A DNA stretch of 64,000 bases, taken from Sedimentisphaerales bacterium (lineage in GTDB: Bacteria > Planctomycetota > Phycisphaerae > Sedimentisphaerales > Anaerobacaceae). The notes beneath the pieces are model-generated. The model searched no databases. It was not told where the DNA came from and saw nothing but the letters and a program-made list of their open reading frames with translations. Both the position numbers and the translations under genes were made by a program. Location of the stretch: the NCBI GenBank assembly GCA_040772485.1, contig JAXGYC010000009.1, forward strand, positions 352,001 through 416,000, given 5' to 3'. Positions 62,679 to 64,000 of this stretch are shown piece by piece (position 1 is the first letter of the stretch; each line of letters opens with the position of its first letter).

Positions 62679-62725
62679 CGGTAGTTGTCAAGTCGGATGA
62701 GACAGTTCCTTTTTGGAATTAAGCT

Positions 62726-63733
62726 CTAATTCATGGCTTGGTTTTCCGGGTTCTTGGGTGGATTGATCCAGACGGCCTGCGGCGGCAGGGCTGCCTGGGG
62801 CGGCTTGCGTACAAAGCGGTCAGGATGCCGGTGGTAGGCGGCATCCAGGGCTTGCTGGCGCTGCCGGTGAACCTCTTGCACCCGCCCGTAGTGGACGTCG
62901 GCGGGGGTATAGAGGGCCAGGCCGGAATGGCGATGCTCGTGGTTGTACCAGGGGAAGAAGGTACCGCCGAAGGCCCGGGCATCCTGGACCGAGCCGAACC
63001 GCTCGGGAAACTCGGGACGATACTTCATGGTCTTGAACTGGCTTTCGGAGAACGGATTGTCATTGGAGACGTGCGGGCGGCTATGGGTTTTGGTGACTCC
63101 CAGATCGGCCAGCAACTCCGCGACGCCCTTGGACTTCATCGAGGAGCCCCGGTCGGCGTGGAGCGTCAGTTGGTCTTCGACGATCCGTTGCTTGGCGCAC
63201 GTTTGGCGAATCAGGCGTTGGGCCAGGGTCGCGGACTCTCGCAGGGCGATCATCCAGCCGACGACGTAGCGGCTGAAGATGTCCAGGATCACATACAGAT
63301 AGTAGTAGGTCCACTTGGCCGGCCCCTTGAGCTTGGTAATGTCCCAGGACCAGACCTCGTTGGGGCGGGTGGCCAGCAACTCGGGCTTGGTGTACACGAC
63401 CCGCGAGGCCACGGCCCGGCGTTCCCGCACTTCGTCGTTGGCCGCCAGCAGGCGATACATCGTTCGGATCGAACACAGATAGTGGCCGTCTTCGAGAAGC
63501 TGCGCATACACTTGGGGCGGGGCCAGATCGACGAATCGCGGCTCGTGCAAGGTCGCCAGGACGGTTTGCCGTTCGGCCTGGCTCAGGGCGTGTTCGGGCG
63601 GCCTGCGTGTCACGACCCTCGCGGTGGTGGTCTGGGATCTCTGTTGCCGATAGAACGAGGCCCGGGGGACCTTCAGAGCCTGACAGAGTGACAAAGTGCC
63701 GAGTTGCTGACGATGCTGTTGGATCAGGCTCAT
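62726..63733 (-). CDS. IS3-family transposase OrfB (DDE)
   Basis: 'VWSWDITKL', 'ILDIFSRYVVGW', 'LHADRGS', 'NDNPFSESQFKTMKY', 'WYNHEHRHSG'. Confidence 0.92.
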   Translation of the reverse strand: MSLIQQHRQQLGTLSLCQALKVPRASFYRQQRSQTTTARVVTRRPPEHALSQAERQTVLATLHEPRFVDLAPPQVYAQLLEDGHYLCSIRTMYRLLAANDEVRERRAVASRVVYTKPELLATRPNEVWSWDITKLKGPAKWTYYYLYVILDIFSRYVVGWMIALRESATLAQRLIRQTCAKQRIVEDQLTLHADRGSSMKSKGVAELLADLGVTKTHSRPHVSNDNPFSESQFKTMKYRPEFPERFGSVQDARAFGGTFFPWYNHEHRHSGLALYTPADVHYGRVQEVHRQRQQALDAAYHRHPDRFVRKPPQAALPPQAVWINPPKNPENQAMN

Positions 63734-63999
63734 GAGATCTCCTCGCTGTCGGGGAGCGTCTCGATCGGGTTGCCGAGCATGGCCGCAACTTTTTTTTGAA
63801 TGTCAATGATCAGCTCGGCCTGGCGGAGCTTCTTGTGGAGCCGTTCATTGTCCCGCCGCAGGCGCTGGAGTTCCTGGTCCCGGGCGTCGCGGGTGCGTTT
63901 GCGGCCGCGTTTGTCATCCTGGAGTCCCTTCAGGGCGCCGGCCTGGTATTGTCGTCGCCACTGGGTCAGGGCCGAGGAATAGAGGCCCTCGCGTCGCAA
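63730..63999 (-). CDS. IS3-family transposase OrfA (partial, 5' end outside window)
   Basis: 'LRREGLYSSALTQWRR' HTH, leucine-zipper-like 'LQRLRRDNERL', 'IIDIQKKVA'; ATGA overlap with OrfB. Confidence 0.9.
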   Translation of the reverse strand: MRREGLYSSALTQWRRQYQAGALKGLQDDKRGRKRTRDARDQELQRLRRDNERLHKKLRQAELIIDIQKKVAAMLGNPIETLPDSEEIS

Positions 64000-64000
64000 C

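Larger units (their letters stand above)
62679..64000 (-). mobile_element. IS3-family insertion sequence (runs off the window end)
   Basis: OrfA/OrfB layout, DDE integrase core, A8G slippery site; downstream end on the minus strand ...tgtctcatccgacttgacaactaccg. Boundary inferred from where kinase-like sequence stops (uncertain by ~7 bp). Confidence 0.88.

Overview
GC-rich bacterial window. Gene content (HzsA-like haem protein, DUF1080, ADOP-type permeases, WXG100/FtsK cluster) suggests a planctomycete-like diderm; this is inference. In order: a secreted beta-helix/PDZ protein (+); a co-oriented minus-strand run of WXG100-like genes, an FtsK/SpoIIIE (EccC-like) ATPase, a GH5 mannanase-like protein, an AGE-family epimerase and DUF1080; a sigma54-dependent two-component pair; and a 1512-aa tetra-haem fusion (HzsA-like + beta-propeller + di-haem CcP-like). 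Next is a ~36.5 kb plus-strand locus behind a consensus sigma54 promoter, with 12 divergent MacB/ADOP-type ABC permeases, 2 ABC ATPases, 1 periplasmic adaptor, 1 TolC, a DUF4097 lipoprotein and a four-helix-bundle gene. It is followed by an orphan secretin, a Tat-exported isomerase-like protein, and a NarL regulator plus MASE3/PAS kinase whose 5' end is cut by an IS3-family element. The most striking structure lies in the permease array: ten intergenic ~85-155 bp elements made of inverted 7-bp repeat arms, (NNCAGTT)n...(AACTGNN)n, sit immediately upstream of start codons. An eleventh copy has the same arms but encloses the four-helix-bundle (IVP/Avd-like) ORF, suggesting a filled/empty element family tied to a cassette-like permease repertoire. 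Several REP-like palindrome families have also landed in-frame inside coding sequences. All family assignments come from motif recognition by eye, not from database searches.
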